From Burkholderiales bacterium (GTDB lineage: Bacteria > Pseudomonadota > Gammaproteobacteria > Burkholderiales > Eutrophovitaceae): a DNA stretch of 64,000 bases. The notes below the pieces were generated by a model. The model was not told the origin of the DNA. It did no database searches and saw only the letters and a program-made list of their open reading frames with translations. The stretch is taken from assembly GCA_030834275.1 (NCBI GenBank), contig JAURFP010000002.1, positions 1,036 through 65,035 of the forward strand. The letters are read 5' to 3'. Shown in pieces: positions 48,951 through 60,024 of this stretch. The first letter of the stretch is position 1. Each line of letters begins with the position of its first letter. A program made the translations under genes and the position numbers.

Positions 48951-49011
48951 GCTTGAGAGAGCCAGCCCCGAAGGAGTCATTGTGGGACTGCTTGAGAGAG
49001 CTAACCCCGAA
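48951..49011. repeat. Imperfect 22-nt direct repeat (2 copies, 39-bp period) in the mreB/gatC divergent intergenic region
   Basis: GCTTGAGAGAGCCAGCCCCGAA (48951-48972) versus GCTTGAGAGAGCTAACCCCGAA (48990-49011), 20 of 22 identical. Each copy contains the mini-hairpin GCT-TGAGAG-AGC. Confidence 0.7.
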
Positions 49012-49022
49012 TTTTTATACGT

Positions 49023-49310
49023 ATGTCGCTTGAAAAAAAAGATGTCCAGCGCGCAGCGCTTTTGGCTCGTATCGAGATCACCGAAACCGAGGCGAATGAA
49101 ACATTCGAACAACTCGGGAAAGTGTTCGACCTCATCGAACAAATGAAGATCATCAACACCGATGACATTGCACCCATGGCGCATGCTCAGGACATCTCGA
49201 CCCGATTAAGAGATGATGTTGTCACAGAAAAAGATCGTCATGAGGAATTCCAGGAGGTAGCTCCTGCCACAGAGCGAGGACTTTATCTCGTGCCGAAAGT
49301 GATCGAGTAA
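49023..49310 (+). CDS. gatC: Asp/Glu-tRNA(Asn/Gln) amidotransferase subunit C
   Basis: 95 aa. The N-terminal [17 protein letters not shown] pattern is typical of GatC. An in-frame stop at 49002-49004 excludes longer forms. Confidence 0.9.
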   Translation: MSLEKKDVQRAALLARIEITETEANETFEQLGKVFDLIEQMKIINTDDIAPMAHAQDISTRLRDDVVTEKDRHEEFQEVAPATERGLYLVPKVIE

Positions 49311-49311
49311 C

Positions 49312-50766
49312 GTGTTCGACAAATCACTTAAAGAATTAGCGAGCTCGCTTGCCAGCAAAGACTTCTCAAGCGTCGAGTTAACGCAAGCCTATCTAGATCG
49401 CGCAAAAGAACTCAACACATCGATCAATGCTTTTGTGACGATTGACGAAGAACAGAGTCTCGCGCAAGCAAGATCTGCGGATCAAAAAATTGCGCAAGGA
49501 AATATCCAGGCTCTCACAGGAATCCCGATTGCTCACAAAGATATCTGGTGCGCTAAAGGATGGATGACAACCTGTGGCTCCAAGATGTTGCAAAATTTTA
49601 AGGCGCCATACAACGCACACATTATCGATCGATTTAACACCGCTGGATCTATCATCCAAGGCAAAACGAATATGGATGAATTCGCGATGGGATCTTCGAA
49701 TGAGACCTCATTTTTTGGCCATGTCAAAAACCCATGGGATTCCAGTCGAGTCCCTGGAGGCAGCTCGGGTGGATCCGCAGCAGCCGTTGCTGCACGTATG
49801 ACCCCAGCTGCAACCGGAACTGACACCGGCGGCTCAATTCGACAACCTGCAGCACTTTGTGGCATCTCGGGTCTAAAACCGACCTACGGTTTGGTATCTC
49901 GGTATGGGATGATCGCCTTCGCGTCGAGCTTAGATCAGGGCGGTCCGATGGCTCGATCAGCAGAAGACTTAGCAATTCTGACTGAAGTCATGGTTGACTA
50001 TGATATGCGCGATAGTACAAGCCTAAAACGCGATCCAGTTAACTATTCGGCTAATCTGGAAACTTCCATAGCAGGGATAAAAATTGGATTACCAAAGGAG
50101 TACTTCAGTGATGAAGTCTCACCAGACGTGCAAAAAGCCGTTGCTAGCGCAATCGGTGAATACAAAAAATTAGGAGCAGAAATCGTCGATGTCTCCCTTC
50201 CAACTAGCCCACTATCTGTTGCGGCCTACTATGTGATCGCCCCAGCAGAAGCGTCCAGTAATCTATCGAGATTTGATGGGGTTCGCTATGGTCACCGAGC
50301 AAAAGAATATAAAGACCTCAATGAGATGTACGCGAAGACCAGGGCTGAAGGATTCGGCGCCGAAGTAAAACGACGCATTCTCATCGGGACTTATGTTCTA
50401 TCCCACGGATACTATGACGCCTATTACATCAAGGCTCAAAAAATACGAAGACTCATATCACAGGACTTCGCACAGGCATTTGAAAAATGCGATCTCATTT
50501 TGAGCCCAACCGCACCTGGAACAGCATTTGGAATCGGAGAAAAAGCATCTGATCCGGTGCAAATGTACTTGTCAGATATTTTCACGATTGCCGCAAATCT
50601 TGCTGGGCTACCTGCGATGTCTATTCCCTGTGGGCTCGACGATGCGAACCTACCAATCGGTTTGCAACTAATCGGAAATTATTTTGATGAAGCTCGAATG
50701 TTAAATGCCGCTCATATGTATCAAAAGGCGACTGATTGGCATCTAAAACAAGCCCCTTTGAAGTGA
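49312..50766 (+). CDS. gatA: Asp/Glu-tRNA(Asn/Gln) amidotransferase subunit A
   Basis: Amidase signature [13 protein letters not shown]...[15 protein letters not shown] start 1 nt after the gatC stop. Confidence 0.95.
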   Translation: MFDKSLKELASSLASKDFSSVELTQAYLDRAKELNTSINAFVTIDEEQSLAQARSADQKIAQGNIQALTGIPIAHKDIWCAKGWMTTCGSKMLQNFKAPYNAHIIDRFNTAGSIIQGKTNMDEFAMGSSNETSFFGHVKNPWDSSRVPGGSSGGSAAAVAARMTPAATGTDTGGSIRQPAALCGISGLKPTYGLVSRYGMIAFASSLDQGGPMARSAEDLAILTEVMVDYDMRDSTSLKRDPVNYSANLETSIAGIKIGLPKEYFSDEVSPDVQKAVASAIGEYKKLGAEIVDVSLPTSPLSVAAYYVIAPAEASSNLSRFDGVRYGHRAKEYKDLNEMYAKTRAEGFGAEVKRRILIGTYVLSHGYYDAYYIKAQKIRRLISQDFAQAFEKCDLILSPTAPGTAFGIGEKASDPVQMYLSDIFTIAANLAGLPAMSIPCGLDDANLPIGLQLIGNYFDEARMLNAAHMYQKATDWHLKQAPLK

Positions 50767-50771
50767 ACGAT

Positions 50772-52217
50772 ATGGAATGGGAAATCGTAATCGGAATTGA
50801 AACCCACGCTCAACTCTCCACCGAGTCGAAAATTTTCTCGGGAGCATCTACGAATTTTGGCGCCGATCCAAACGTGAATGCGTGCGAGGTGGATATCGCT
50901 TTGCCTGGAGTTCTGCCAGTTCTAAATAAAAAAGCGGTCGAAAAAGCGATTCAGTTCGGGATTGCAACCGGTGCCCGCGTCAATCGCCAATCCATTTTCG
51001 CTAGAAAGAATTATTTTTATCCTGATCTACCGAAGGGATATCAAATTAGCCAGTTTGAAAATCCTGTTGTTGAAGGTGGAGAGATAAAAATCAGCGTTGA
51101 TGGCGAGGAAAAAATTATCCGTCTAACCCGGGCACATTTAGAAGAGGATGCCGGAAAGTCCCTCCACGAAGACTTTGTCGGGATGAGTGGAATTGATTTG
51201 AATCGCGCTGGCACACCACTGCTTGAAATTGTGAGCGAGCCTGATATGCGCTCAGCGCGAGAAGCAGTTGAATATGCGAGACATCTCCATACGCTTGTTC
51301 AGTGGATCGGCGTTTGTGATGGAAATATGCAGGAGGGAAATTTTAGGTGCGATGCAAACGTCTCGGTCAGAAAAAAAGGTGAAAAAGAATTTGGCACAAG
51401 ACGCGAAATCAAGAACCTAAATTCCTTCCGCTTCCTCCAACAAGCGATTGAATTTGAGGCGCAGTGGCAAATTGAACAAATTGAAGACGGTCACAAAATT
51501 ATTCAAGCGACCGTGTTGTTTGATCCAGATTCTGGAGAAACCCGGCTCATGCGAACCAAAGAGGACGCGCATGACTACCGCTATTTCCCAGATCCAGATT
51601 TACTACCCCTCAACATCGACGAGAAATGGTTTACTTCGGTAGAGCAAGCAATGCCAGAGTTACCCTTGGCAAAAATCGAGAGATACGTGAAAGACCTTGG
51701 TCTAAGTGCTATCGATGCACAATCGATGGTGGCAAGCAAAGGCATCTCCGACTTTTTTGAATCGGCCATTTCTCAGATTCCAGAATCGGAAACGAGAAAA
51801 ATATCTAAGTTAGTCGCGAACTGGATTAACGGAGATCTGGCTGCCGCACTCAACAAAGAACAAGTTGAGCTCGTCGACAGCCCAGTTACCGCAAAAATGA
51901 TCGGGGATTTAGCCCAGCGTATCGCAGACAACACGTTGTCATCAAAGCTTGCGAAACAAGTTTTTGAAGGACTTTGGAATGGCTCAGGGTCGGTTGATGA
52001 AATTATCGAGAAGGAAGGCTTAAAACAGCTGTCCGACTCATCCGAGCTAGAAACATTTGCGGATCAAGTCATCGCCGCAAATCCACAACAAGCTGAAGAT
52101 TTTCGTGGTGGAAAAGAAAAAGCACTGAATGCTTTAGTTGGACAAATGATGAAGCTCACAAAAGGGAAGGCAAACCCTGCCCAAGTTAACGAAATTTTAA
52201 GAAAGAAACTTGCTTAA
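50772..52217 (+). CDS. gatB: Asp/Glu-tRNA(Asn/Gln) amidotransferase subunit B
   Basis: [15 protein letters not shown] is a typical GatB N-terminus, so ATG 50772 is preferred over the track start at 50736. Also [17 protein letters not shown] and a C-terminal YqeY-like tail. Confidence 0.95.
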   Translation: MEWEIVIGIETHAQLSTESKIFSGASTNFGADPNVNACEVDIALPGVLPVLNKKAVEKAIQFGIATGARVNRQSIFARKNYFYPDLPKGYQISQFENPVVEGGEIKISVDGEEKIIRLTRAHLEEDAGKSLHEDFVGMSGIDLNRAGTPLLEIVSEPDMRSAREAVEYARHLHTLVQWIGVCDGNMQEGNFRCDANVSVRKKGEKEFGTRREIKNLNSFRFLQQAIEFEAQWQIEQIEDGHKIIQATVLFDPDSGETRLMRTKEDAHDYRYFPDPDLLPLNIDEKWFTSVEQAMPELPLAKIERYVKDLGLSAIDAQSMVASKGISDFFESAISQIPESETRKISKLVANWINGDLAAALNKEQVELVDSPVTAKMIGDLAQRIADNTLSSKLAKQVFEGLWNGSGSVDEIIEKEGLKQLSDSSELETFADQVIAANPQQAEDFRGGKEKALNALVGQMMKLTKGKANPAQVNEILRKKLA

Positions 52218-52870
52218 ACGTCGACACCGTATTGCAGTCGATATGCTTTTATTTTCTCCAAATCTTGCTTCAGATCATTTTTTTGTTCTAAAAAATTTAC
52301 CAGATCAGAGAGATTAAACATACTAATCACTTTGATTTGCAGATCCTCCTCTATCTCCTGAATCGCAGACCGCTCGCCCGTACCTTTTTCTTGGCGATCG
52401 AGACATACAACAATCCCACAAACGCTCGCGCCACTCGCTGAAATAATATCAACGGACTCTCGAACCGACGTCCCCGCTGATACAACATCATCAATAACCA
52501 AGACCCTTCCAGAGACAGGGGCACCGATGGTTGTTCCACCTTCACCATGATCTTTGGCTTCCTTTCGATTGAAGGCAAATGGGGTGTCTACCCCTCTATT
52601 CGCAAGCCCTATCGCTGTGGCAGCAGAAAGTGGTATACCCTTATAGGCTGGGCCGTACAACATATCGAAGGAGACTCCAGATTCTAGTATCGCCCGCGCA
52701 TAGAAATTTCCGAGCTCGCGGAGACTCTCTCCGGTATTAAAGAGTCCCGCATTAAAAAAATATGGAGATAGGCGGCCTGCTTTAGTTTTGAATTCTCCAA
52801 AACGCAGTACATTAGAGGAAAGTGCAAACTTAATAAAATCAGATTTCAGTTCTAATTTTCTATCCGTCAT
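52214..52870 (-). CDS. pyrE: Orotate phosphoribosyltransferase
   Basis: Colinear with E. coli PyrE from [17 protein letters not shown]...[28 protein letters not shown] motif [16 protein letters not shown] at 52868-52870 is preferred over the track TTG at 52915. Confidence 0.9.
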   Translation of the reverse strand: MTDRKLELKSDFIKFALSSNVLRFGEFKTKAGRLSPYFFNAGLFNTGESLRELGNFYARAILESGVSFDMLYGPAYKGIPLSAATAIGLANRGVDTPFAFNRKEAKDHGEGGTTIGAPVSGRVLVIDDVVSAGTSVRESVDIISASGASVCGIVVCLDRQEKGTGERSAIQEIEEDLQIKVISMFNLSDLVNFLEQKNDLKQDLEKIKAYRLQYGVDV

Positions 52871-53648
52871 GAGAATAATTTCACTAAATTTAAATGGTAT
52901 TCGATCTGCCTTCAATAAAGGGGTTCGACCCTGGTTGGAAAACGCGAAGGCTGATGTGGTTTGTTTGCAAGAGTTAAAGGCCCAAGAAGATAAGTTGTCA
53001 GATGAAATGAAGGCGTTTTCTAACTACCAAGGCTTTTTCCATTACGCGAAGCGACCCGGATACAGTGGTGTTGGGATCTATTGTACACACGAACCCGATG
53101 ATGTCATTTATGGTTTAGATATCGAGGATATCGATGCGGAGGGCAGATATATCGAAGCTCGGTTTGGTGACCTTTCAGTAATCTCCGTCTACGTGCCCTC
53201 GGGATCGAGCTCAGATGAGCGATTACAAATTAAGTTTAGTTTTATGGAGCGATTTATTGCGCCATTATACGAACTCATACAGAGCGGGCGGAAAGTCGTC
53301 ATTTGTGGCGATTGGAATGTGGCACATAAAGAAATTGATCTCAAGAATTGGCGTTCGAATCAGAAGAATTCGGGATTTCTTCCAGAGGAGCGGGATTGGT
53401 TTGACGGGATCATCCACAAGTTGGGGTATGTCGACGTGTTTCGATCTCTGAATCCTGAGCCAGACCAGTTCACATGGTGGTCAAACCGAGGACAGGCTTG
53501 GGATAAGAACGTTGGGTGGAGAATCGATTATCAGTTAGCCTCGCCCAATATCGCTGGTTGCGCCAAACGCGAGGAAATTTACAAATCGGAGCGCTTCAGT
53601 GATCACGCTCCCTTGATCATTGATTACGACTACCGAATAAGATCTTGA
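52869..53648 (+). CDS. xthA: Exodeoxyribonuclease III
   Basis: [14 protein letters not shown] is a typical Xth N-terminus, so ATG 52869 is preferred over the track TTG at 52788. Also VVCLQELK, GDWNVAH and SDHAPL motifs. Confidence 0.9.
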   Translation: MRIISLNLNGIRSAFNKGVRPWLENAKADVVCLQELKAQEDKLSDEMKAFSNYQGFFHYAKRPGYSGVGIYCTHEPDDVIYGLDIEDIDAEGRYIEARFGDLSVISVYVPSGSSSDERLQIKFSFMERFIAPLYELIQSGRKVVICGDWNVAHKEIDLKNWRSNQKNSGFLPEERDWFDGIIHKLGYVDVFRSLNPEPDQFTWWSNRGQAWDKNVGWRIDYQLASPNIAGCAKREEIYKSERFSDHAPLIIDYDYRIRS

Positions 53649-53651
53649 ATA

Positions 53652-54980
53652 ATGGAAAACTTTACCCAAAGTTTACGCATCTACACGAAGATACGTGTTA
53701 TTCGGATGCTCTTTCTGGGTTTTTCTGCGGGACTACCACTATTACTGCTACTGGGCACCTTGTCCTTTCGGCTCCGTGAAGCAGGACTAGATCTAGCGCT
53801 CATTGGATTCTTTTCTTGGATCGGCCTTACCTATGCCTTCAAGTGGGCATGGGCACCACTAGTTGATCAGCTTCCGGTTCCCCTACTAACGAAGGCACTC
53901 GGAAGAAGAAGGTCATGGCTCGTTTGCTCGCAGTCATTAGTAATTATTGGCTTAAGCGGTCTCGCCTTTAGCGACCCATCGATATCCATCACGGCAGTCA
54001 TATCGTTTAGTCTCTTGACCGCTATTGGCTCTGCGACCCAGGACATAGCACTTGATGCTTTTCGAATCGAATCTGCTGAAACCGAAGATCAAGGGGCGAT
54101 GGCTGCGACTTACCAGATCGGATACCGAGTCGCTATGTTGGTCGCATCCGCGGGAACACTATTTTTAGCTGATCTGTTTTCGAGTAATAGTTCCGGTTAT
54201 GACGACGCAGCCTGGTGCGTTAGTTATTTGATCATGGCTGGACTCATGTTAATCGGCGTAATTACTGCCTTACTATCCCCCGAGCCCAGAGTGCTATCGA
54301 CATCCGAGGGAGAAATTAAATCAACAAATAGAGAGTCACCACTTTTGCGACTAAAAAGATGGCTAGTAAATGCAGGAATCATGCCATTTGTAGATTTTGT
54401 CAAAAGATATAAACGACAAGCAATACTAATTCTCATCATGATTTCTATATACAGAATATCTGATGTGGTGATGGGAGTGATGGCTAACCCTTTCTACGTA
54501 GATATTGGTTTTTCTAAGCAGGAAATCGCCACAGTCACCAAACTATTTGGCGTAATCATGACTTTGTTAGGCGCTGTGATTGGTGGGGTTTTCGTCAAAC
54601 ATTTTGGCGCCCTCCGCATGCTCATTATAGGAGCGGTACTCACAAGCAGTACTAATCTCCTATTCGCATGGCTCTCAAATATTGGAGCAAATATCCCGGC
54701 GCTCGTTCTTACGATATCCGCTGACAATCTGAGCGCTGGCCTCGCAACAGCCGCTTTTGTATCCTATCTCTCAGGACTGACAAACATAAAGTATTCAGCC
54801 ACCCAATATGCTTTATTCAGCTCTGTAATGCTTTTGATTCCAAAGTTCCTAGCTGGATGGTCAGGGGTTTTTGTAGAAGAACTCGGCTATGAGAATTTCT
54901 TTTTATTCTCCGCCGCTTTGGGCGTTCCGGTGATTTTACTTTTACTAATGTTATACCGAGACGCCATGAAGACTACTTGA
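53652..54980 (+). CDS. ampG: AmpG-family muropeptide MFS permease
   Basis: 442 aa. LGFSAGLPLLL near the N-terminus, FKWAWAPLVD, and about 12-14 helices. Confidence 0.8.
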   Translation: MENFTQSLRIYTKIRVIRMLFLGFSAGLPLLLLLGTLSFRLREAGLDLALIGFFSWIGLTYAFKWAWAPLVDQLPVPLLTKALGRRRSWLVCSQSLVIIGLSGLAFSDPSISITAVISFSLLTAIGSATQDIALDAFRIESAETEDQGAMAATYQIGYRVAMLVASAGTLFLADLFSSNSSGYDDAAWCVSYLIMAGLMLIGVITALLSPEPRVLSTSEGEIKSTNRESPLLRLKRWLVNAGIMPFVDFVKRYKRQAILILIMISIYRISDVVMGVMANPFYVDIGFSKQEIATVTKLFGVIMTLLGAVIGGVFVKHFGALRMLIIGAVLTSSTNLLFAWLSNIGANIPALVLTISADNLSAGLATAAFVSYLSGLTNIKYSATQYALFSSVMLLIPKFLAGWSGVFVEELGYENFFLFSAALGVPVILLLLMLYRDAMKTT

Positions 54981-55005
54981 ATAAATTCATTCAAGAATTC
55001 ATATT

Positions 55006-55605
55006 TTATTTCTTATCAAAACGATAAATAGCGAGCATCCCAAGAAAATTTGGCAATGCCCTGATCGGATTACCCGCCTCATTCAAGACAATCCGATCAA
55101 TGACATTCATATTGTGGGTATCACAAAACATCTCGAAATCCTTTATCGTCAGCACGTGTATGTTTGGAGTGTTGTACCACTCATACGGCAAGGATTTGGA
55201 AACGGGCACTCTTCCCGTAAAAATTTGGATCCGATGTTTCCAAAAGCCAAAATTTGGAAATGTGACGATGACTTGCTTTCCAACACGGAGCATTTCACGA
55301 ACGATCTTCTCAGTGTGGTGAACGGTTTGAAGTGTGAGCGACAGAATCACGTAATCAAAGGAGGAATCATTAAAGCCTGATAGACCACGCTCAAGATCAG
55401 CCTGCACAACATTGATGCCATTCTTAACACTAGCGCGCACCTTAGTATCATCTAACTCTATCCCGTAGCCTGAAACCTTTCTCACATCTTGTAAATGCGA
55501 TAGCAGTGCCCCATCTCCACAACCCAAGTCTAAAACTCTTGCGCCTTGATCGATCAACCCAGAAATGATTTGATAGTCCCTTCTATTCATGGCAGTTGCT
55601 TTCAT
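55006..55605 (-). CDS. metW: Methionine biosynthesis protein MetW
   Basis: RVLDLGCGDGALL SAM-like motif. Directly follows metX with a 1-nt gap. An internal ATG at 55590 (MNRRDYQ) is an alternative start. Confidence 0.9.
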   Translation of the reverse strand: MKATAMNRRDYQIISGLIDQGARVLDLGCGDGALLSHLQDVRKVSGYGIELDDTKVRASVKNGINVVQADLERGLSGFNDSSFDYVILSLTLQTVHHTEKIVREMLRVGKQVIVTFPNFGFWKHRIQIFTGRVPVSKSLPYEWYNTPNIHVLTIKDFEMFCDTHNMNVIDRIVLNEAGNPIRALPNFLGMLAIYRFDKK

Positions 55606-55606
55606 A

Positions 55607-56740
55607 TCACTGAAGCCCTTCCCATATGCGATCGAAGTAGGTGCGAATTAAATTGTGGTACACAGCATCATCCATCAAGAATGCATCATGCCCATGCGGC
55701 GCTTCAATCTCTGCATAAGAGACATTGAGTTGATTATCGACGAGCGCTTTCACTATTTCTCGGGAACGCTGCGGCGAAAATCTCCAATCTGATGTGAACG
55801 ACACAACTAGATAATCTGACTGGCTCTTAGCTAGCGCTTTTGCAAGGTCACCCCCAGTACTCGCCGCTGGATCAAAATAATCCAAAGCCTTAGTAATTCT
55901 CAGATAGGTGTTCGCATCAAAACTATCTGCAAACTTATCCCCCTGATAACGTAAGTAGGATTCGATTTGAAACTCGATATCGAGAGAAAACTTCAGGATA
56001 TCTTCCCGTAGATCACGGCCAAACTTTTTGTTCATCGCATCGTCAGATAAATAGGTGATGTGCCCTATCATCCGAGCGATTTTTAGCCCTCTTCGTGGTA
56101 CTACGCCGTGCTCATAAAAATTGCCATCGAAAAATTCTGGATCCGATGTAATCGCTTGACGAGCGACTTCATTAAATGCGATGTTTTGTGCAGAGAGCTT
56201 TGGTGCGGCCGCTACGACAATCGCATTTTTCACTTTTTCAGGTTTGTCTATCGTCCACTGCAGCGCCTGCATACCACCCAGACTCCCGCCCATGACTGCA
56301 GCAAATTGCTTGATCCCTAATCGATCGGCCAGCCGCGACTGCACCTCTACCCAATCCTCGACGGTCACAAAGGGAAAAGACCCACCCCATTGCTTACCAG
56401 TTAAAGGATTAATAGAGGAAGGCCCCGTGGACCCGTGACACCCTCCGAGATTATTAACTCCAATCACAAAAAATCGATTGGTATCTAGCGGCTTGCCGGG
56501 TCCGACCAGATTGTCCCACCAGCCAATATTTTTTTCATCTTCTTCATAAATGCCAGCCACATGGTGCGAAGCATTAAGCGCATGACATACGAGAACCGCA
56601 TTGCTGCAATCAGAATTTAACTCACCGTACGTCTCATAAACGAGATCATAGCCTTGGAGAACAGCCCCACTTTTTAGGTAAATGTTTCCAGGAAAGCTCT
56701 CAAACTTCGGCGTGGCGATCATGCTTGAGATAGTCGACAT
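55607..56740 (-). CDS. metX: Homoserine O-acyltransferase MetX (acetyl or succinyl specificity not determinable here)
   Basis: [21 protein letters not shown] (nucleophile elbow), GHDAFL. The track ORF runs to 56863, but that extension overlaps lptE. ATG at 56738-56740 gives a homologous N-terminus. Confidence 0.9.
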   Translation of the reverse strand: MSTISSMIATPKFESFPGNIYLKSGAVLQGYDLVYETYGELNSDCSNAVLVCHALNASHHVAGIYEEDEKNIGWWDNLVGPGKPLDTNRFFVIGVNNLGGCHGSTGPSSINPLTGKQWGGSFPFVTVEDWVEVQSRLADRLGIKQFAAVMGGSLGGMQALQWTIDKPEKVKNAIVVAAAPKLSAQNIAFNEVARQAITSDPEFFDGNFYEHGVVPRRGLKIARMIGHITYLSDDAMNKKFGRDLREDILKFSLDIEFQIESYLRYQGDKFADSFDANTYLRITKALDYFDPAASTGGDLAKALAKSQSDYLVVSFTSDWRFSPQRSREIVKALVDNQLNVSYAEIEAPHGHDAFLMDDAVYHNLIRTYFDRIWEGLQ

Positions 56741-56756
56741 TCTTAAATCGCAGCAA

Positions 56757-57263
56757 TCAATTGTTATTACCCCGGGAAAGGGCAGATACTCTAACAAGCA
56801 AAGTGCGGCTTGCCTCTGAATACATATCTTGAATGAGCGAATCCTCCTCGGAATTCTTCGCAACTAAATTATCGTCACTGTAAGTCATTAGCCTCCTAAT
56901 CACCAATTGGTCGACGACCGCGTCTACATCCGCTCCAGATTTAGTAATTTCGTACTCTAACTTTAGGAGCAACTCATACTCAGAAACCTTGCCTGTACTC
57001 GAAATTATAGAGTGCTTTTTCTCTAAATTTTCATTCAAGATTTTAAGGCTGATACCGGCATCTCGCGGATCGGAGACCACATTCACCGTTTTCTTCCTCT
57101 TTAGTCGTTCTTTGATTCGCTTCCCTACTTCTGAATTAGCTGATCCGTCTATGTAAATTGTGTCGAAAGACAAATCGACTGATCCTCTCAAATGCCAACC
57201 ACATGCCCCGATACTGACGATAAGTAAACATGATAAAAGCAATCGGATTATGCGCGTTTTCAT
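56757..57263 (-). CDS. lptE: LPS-assembly lipoprotein LptE
   Basis: The lipobox [11 protein letters not shown] is typical of LptE (ACGFHLRG). Conserved position after leuS. Confidence 0.85.
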   Translation of the reverse strand: MKTRIIRLLLSCLLIVSIGACGWHLRGSVDLSFDTIYIDGSANSEVGKRIKERLKRKKTVNVVSDPRDAGISLKILNENLEKKHSIISSTGKVSEYELLLKLEYEITKSGADVDAVVDQLVIRRLMTYSDDNLVAKNSEEDSLIQDMYSEASRTLLVRVSALSRGNNN

Positions 57264-57274
57264 TTGGTCACCTA

Positions 57275-59884
57275 TCAGACAGCTACCACATTAACAAGTC
57301 GGCCTGGAACCACGATCACTTTTTTGATCGCCAGCCCGTCAGTGTGAGCCGCCGTTACAGAATCACTCAAGGCTAAAGTTTCTATCTGCTCTTTTGTTGC
57401 ATCCGCCGGTACTAAAATTTTACCTCTCAATTTGCCGTTGATTTGTACTACCAATTCGATTTCATCCTGGATTAAAGCCGTTTCCTCAACCTTTGGCCAA
57501 TTCGAGTACTGGATGTCACCCTTGTACCCTAAGCAACGCCAAAGCTCATCAGTAACATGAGGAACAATTGGAAACAGTATTCTTAGGAGAATACTGAATC
57601 CCTCAAATTTCACTTTAATAACATCTGGACTATTAGAGGAAACTAACTCGTCATTCTCTAACGCATTGAGAATTTTCATAGCCGCAGACGCCACGGTGTT
57701 GAATTGCATTCTTTGATAATCAAAATTTGCCTGCTTCAGGGCGAGATGAATTTCTCGCCTGGCATTCGCTACATTTTTCGAAAGCGATCCCGTAATATCT
57801 ACCGAATTATGTACGCCAGTCCCGCCATGCATCTCAGCGCCGTAACGCCAAACCCGTTTTAAAAATCGGTACGACCCTTCTACTCCATCATCATTCCAAG
57901 CAAGTGTATCTTCTGGTGGGGCGGTAAACATCATAAAGAAACGGGCTGTGTCCGCTCCGTATTTGTCTATCAGAAACTGCGGGTCGACCCCATTGTTTTT
58001 TGATTTGGACATGGTACGGATACCTGCAGTCTCTACCGGCTTACCGTCAGAGAGCGCTACTTGACCTGTACGTTTTCCCGACTCGTCTACCAAAATATCT
58101 ATATCTTTCGGGTTGAAGTAGGTTATCCGGCCAGATACCTCGTTTCGGAAAAATACTTCGTTTAGCACCATGCCTTGCGTGAGGAGATTAGAAAACGGTT
58201 CATTTAAATTTATCACTCCTAAATCACGCATCACCTTGGTCCAAAACCGCGAGTAGAGTAAATGTAATATGGCATGCTCAATCCCGCCGATGTATTGATT
58301 AACAGGCAACCAATAGTTAGCTCGATGATCTAGCATTGCGTCCGAAGAATCGGAGCTAGCGTACCGCAAGAAATACCAAGAGGAATCAACAAACGTATCC
58401 ATCGTATCTGTTTCGCGACGCGCATCGCTACCACATTTCGGACACTTGCAATTTAAAAAGCTCTCTAGCCTATTGAGCGGATTTCCCGATCCATCCGGCA
58501 CACAATCTTCCGGCAGCACTACTGGAAGATCCGATTCAGGCACAGGAACGTCTTCACATACTGGGCAGTGAATTATCGGGATAGGAGTTCCCCAATACCG
58601 CTGGCGAGAAATTCCCCAATCGCGTAAACGCCATTGAATATGTTTCTCGCCGAGATTCGCATTCGAAAGATCAGCAGTTATTTTCTGGCAAGCGTCAGGA
58701 AAACTAAGTCCATCATACCGCCCTGAATTCACACATACGCCTTTTGAGGCATACCACTCTTGCCAGGCGTCAACTGAAAAATCCTGACCTTCGATGTTTA
58801 TTACTTGTTGAATCTCGATGTCGTATTTTTTTGCAAACGCGAAGTCTCTCTCGTCATGGCCAGGCACTCCCATGACCGCACCTTCCCCGTAAGTCATGAG
58901 CACGTAATTACCGACCCAAACCTCAACCTCTCTACCGTCAATCGGGTGCTTTACGAATACTCCGGTGGGAACGCCTTTTTTTTCCATGAGCGCCATATCT
59001 GCTTCCATGGTGCTGCCCTGTTTACACTCCTCGACAAACTCGGCTACTTTTGGGTTTTTTGAAGCGACATACTGAGCAATTGGGTGCTCGGCCGCTACCG
59101 CGCAGAATGTAACTCCCATCAACGTATCTGGCCTCGTGGTAAAGACACTTAATACTCGATCCTCCCCACCGAGCGAGTAGGGAAACGATATCAACGCGCC
59201 CTCACTTTTTCCGATCCAATTAGCCTGCATGGTTTTCACGCGCTCAGGCCATCCGCCGAGAGTATTCAGCGCTTCGAGTAACTCAGGCGCGTAGTCGGTT
59301 ATACGCATGTAATACATCGGGATCTCTCTTTTCTCGACGATAGCGCCTGTTCGCCACCCCTTGCCATCAATTACTTGCTCATTAGCAAGAACCGTCTGAT
59401 CAATCGGATCCCAATTAACAACTCCCGTTTTTTTATAAACAAGTCCTCGTTCGAACATCTTCACAAATAACCATTGGTTCCATTTGTAATAACTCGGGTC
59501 ACACGTTGCCAACTCTCGGCTCCAATCGATAGCGAACCCTAGAGACTGAAGTTGTTTCTTCATGTAAGCAATATTGTCGTAGGTCCACTTAGCTGGTGGC
59601 ACGCCATTCGCCATCGCCGCATTCTCAGCGGGCAACCCAAACGCGTCCCAACCCATTGGCTGCAGCACATTTAACCCCTTCATGCGGTGATAACGAGTCA
59701 AAACATCACCTATGGTGTAATTTCTGACGTGTCCCATATGTAACTTCCCAGACGGGTAGGGAAACATCGAGAGACAGTAGTATTTATCCTTTCCCTCGAG
59801 CTCTTCCGCTTTAAATGCGTTTGTTTCGGACCAGCGCTTCTGCGCTTCCGACTCTATCAGCGAGGGATGATATTGACTTTCCAT
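57275..59884 (-). CDS. leuS: Leucine-tRNA ligase
   Basis: 869 aa. HMGH (HIGH) motif, CP1 editing domain, KMSKS motif (TMSKSKNN). Confidence 0.95.
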   Translation of the reverse strand: MESQYHPSLIESEAQKRWSETNAFKAEELEGKDKYYCLSMFPYPSGKLHMGHVRNYTIGDVLTRYHRMKGLNVLQPMGWDAFGLPAENAAMANGVPPAKWTYDNIAYMKKQLQSLGFAIDWSRELATCDPSYYKWNQWLFVKMFERGLVYKKTGVVNWDPIDQTVLANEQVIDGKGWRTGAIVEKREIPMYYMRITDYAPELLEALNTLGGWPERVKTMQANWIGKSEGALISFPYSLGGEDRVLSVFTTRPDTLMGVTFCAVAAEHPIAQYVASKNPKVAEFVEECKQGSTMEADMALMEKKGVPTGVFVKHPIDGREVEVWVGNYVLMTYGEGAVMGVPGHDERDFAFAKKYDIEIQQVINIEGQDFSVDAWQEWYASKGVCVNSGRYDGLSFPDACQKITADLSNANLGEKHIQWRLRDWGISRQRYWGTPIPIIHCPVCEDVPVPESDLPVVLPEDCVPDGSGNPLNRLESFLNCKCPKCGSDARRETDTMDTFVDSSWYFLRYASSDSSDAMLDHRANYWLPVNQYIGGIEHAILHLLYSRFWTKVMRDLGVINLNEPFSNLLTQGMVLNEVFFRNEVSGRITYFNPKDIDILVDESGKRTGQVALSDGKPVETAGIRTMSKSKNNGVDPQFLIDKYGADTARFFMMFTAPPEDTLAWNDDGVEGSYRFLKRVWRYGAEMHGGTGVHNSVDITGSLSKNVANARREIHLALKQANFDYQRMQFNTVASAAMKILNALENDELVSSNSPDVIKVKFEGFSILLRILFPIVPHVTDELWRCLGYKGDIQYSNWPKVEETALIQDEIELVVQINGKLRGKILVPADATKEQIETLALSDSVTAAHTDGLAIKKVIVVPGRLVNVVAV

Positions 59885-60024
59885 AGTCTGACCTACGATA
59901 AAATAATGCCTAATTATAACTTTCCGTCCAGCCTTATCGTATATAAGTAGGCCTAGGATAAAGAAGACACATTATTTTTTAATCCTCATCCAATAACTAG
60001 CTGGAAGCGAGAGCCACAAAAAAC

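Noticed and set aside
48972-49146. AGGAG followed 5 nt later by GTG (48982), opening a 54-codon frame that overlaps the gatC start out of frame
   Set aside because: The predicted peptide is basic and low-complexity with no recognisable features, and it overlaps conserved gatC coding sequence. The SD-like AGGAG may be coincidental or part of the repeat element. It is worth checking only if ribosome profiling is available.
56741-56863. N-terminal extension of the metX ORF as given in the track (start at 56863)
   Set aside because: It overlaps the lptE 3' end by 107 nt with a Cys/Arg-rich non-homologous sequence. ATG at 56740 gives a MetX-like N-terminus.
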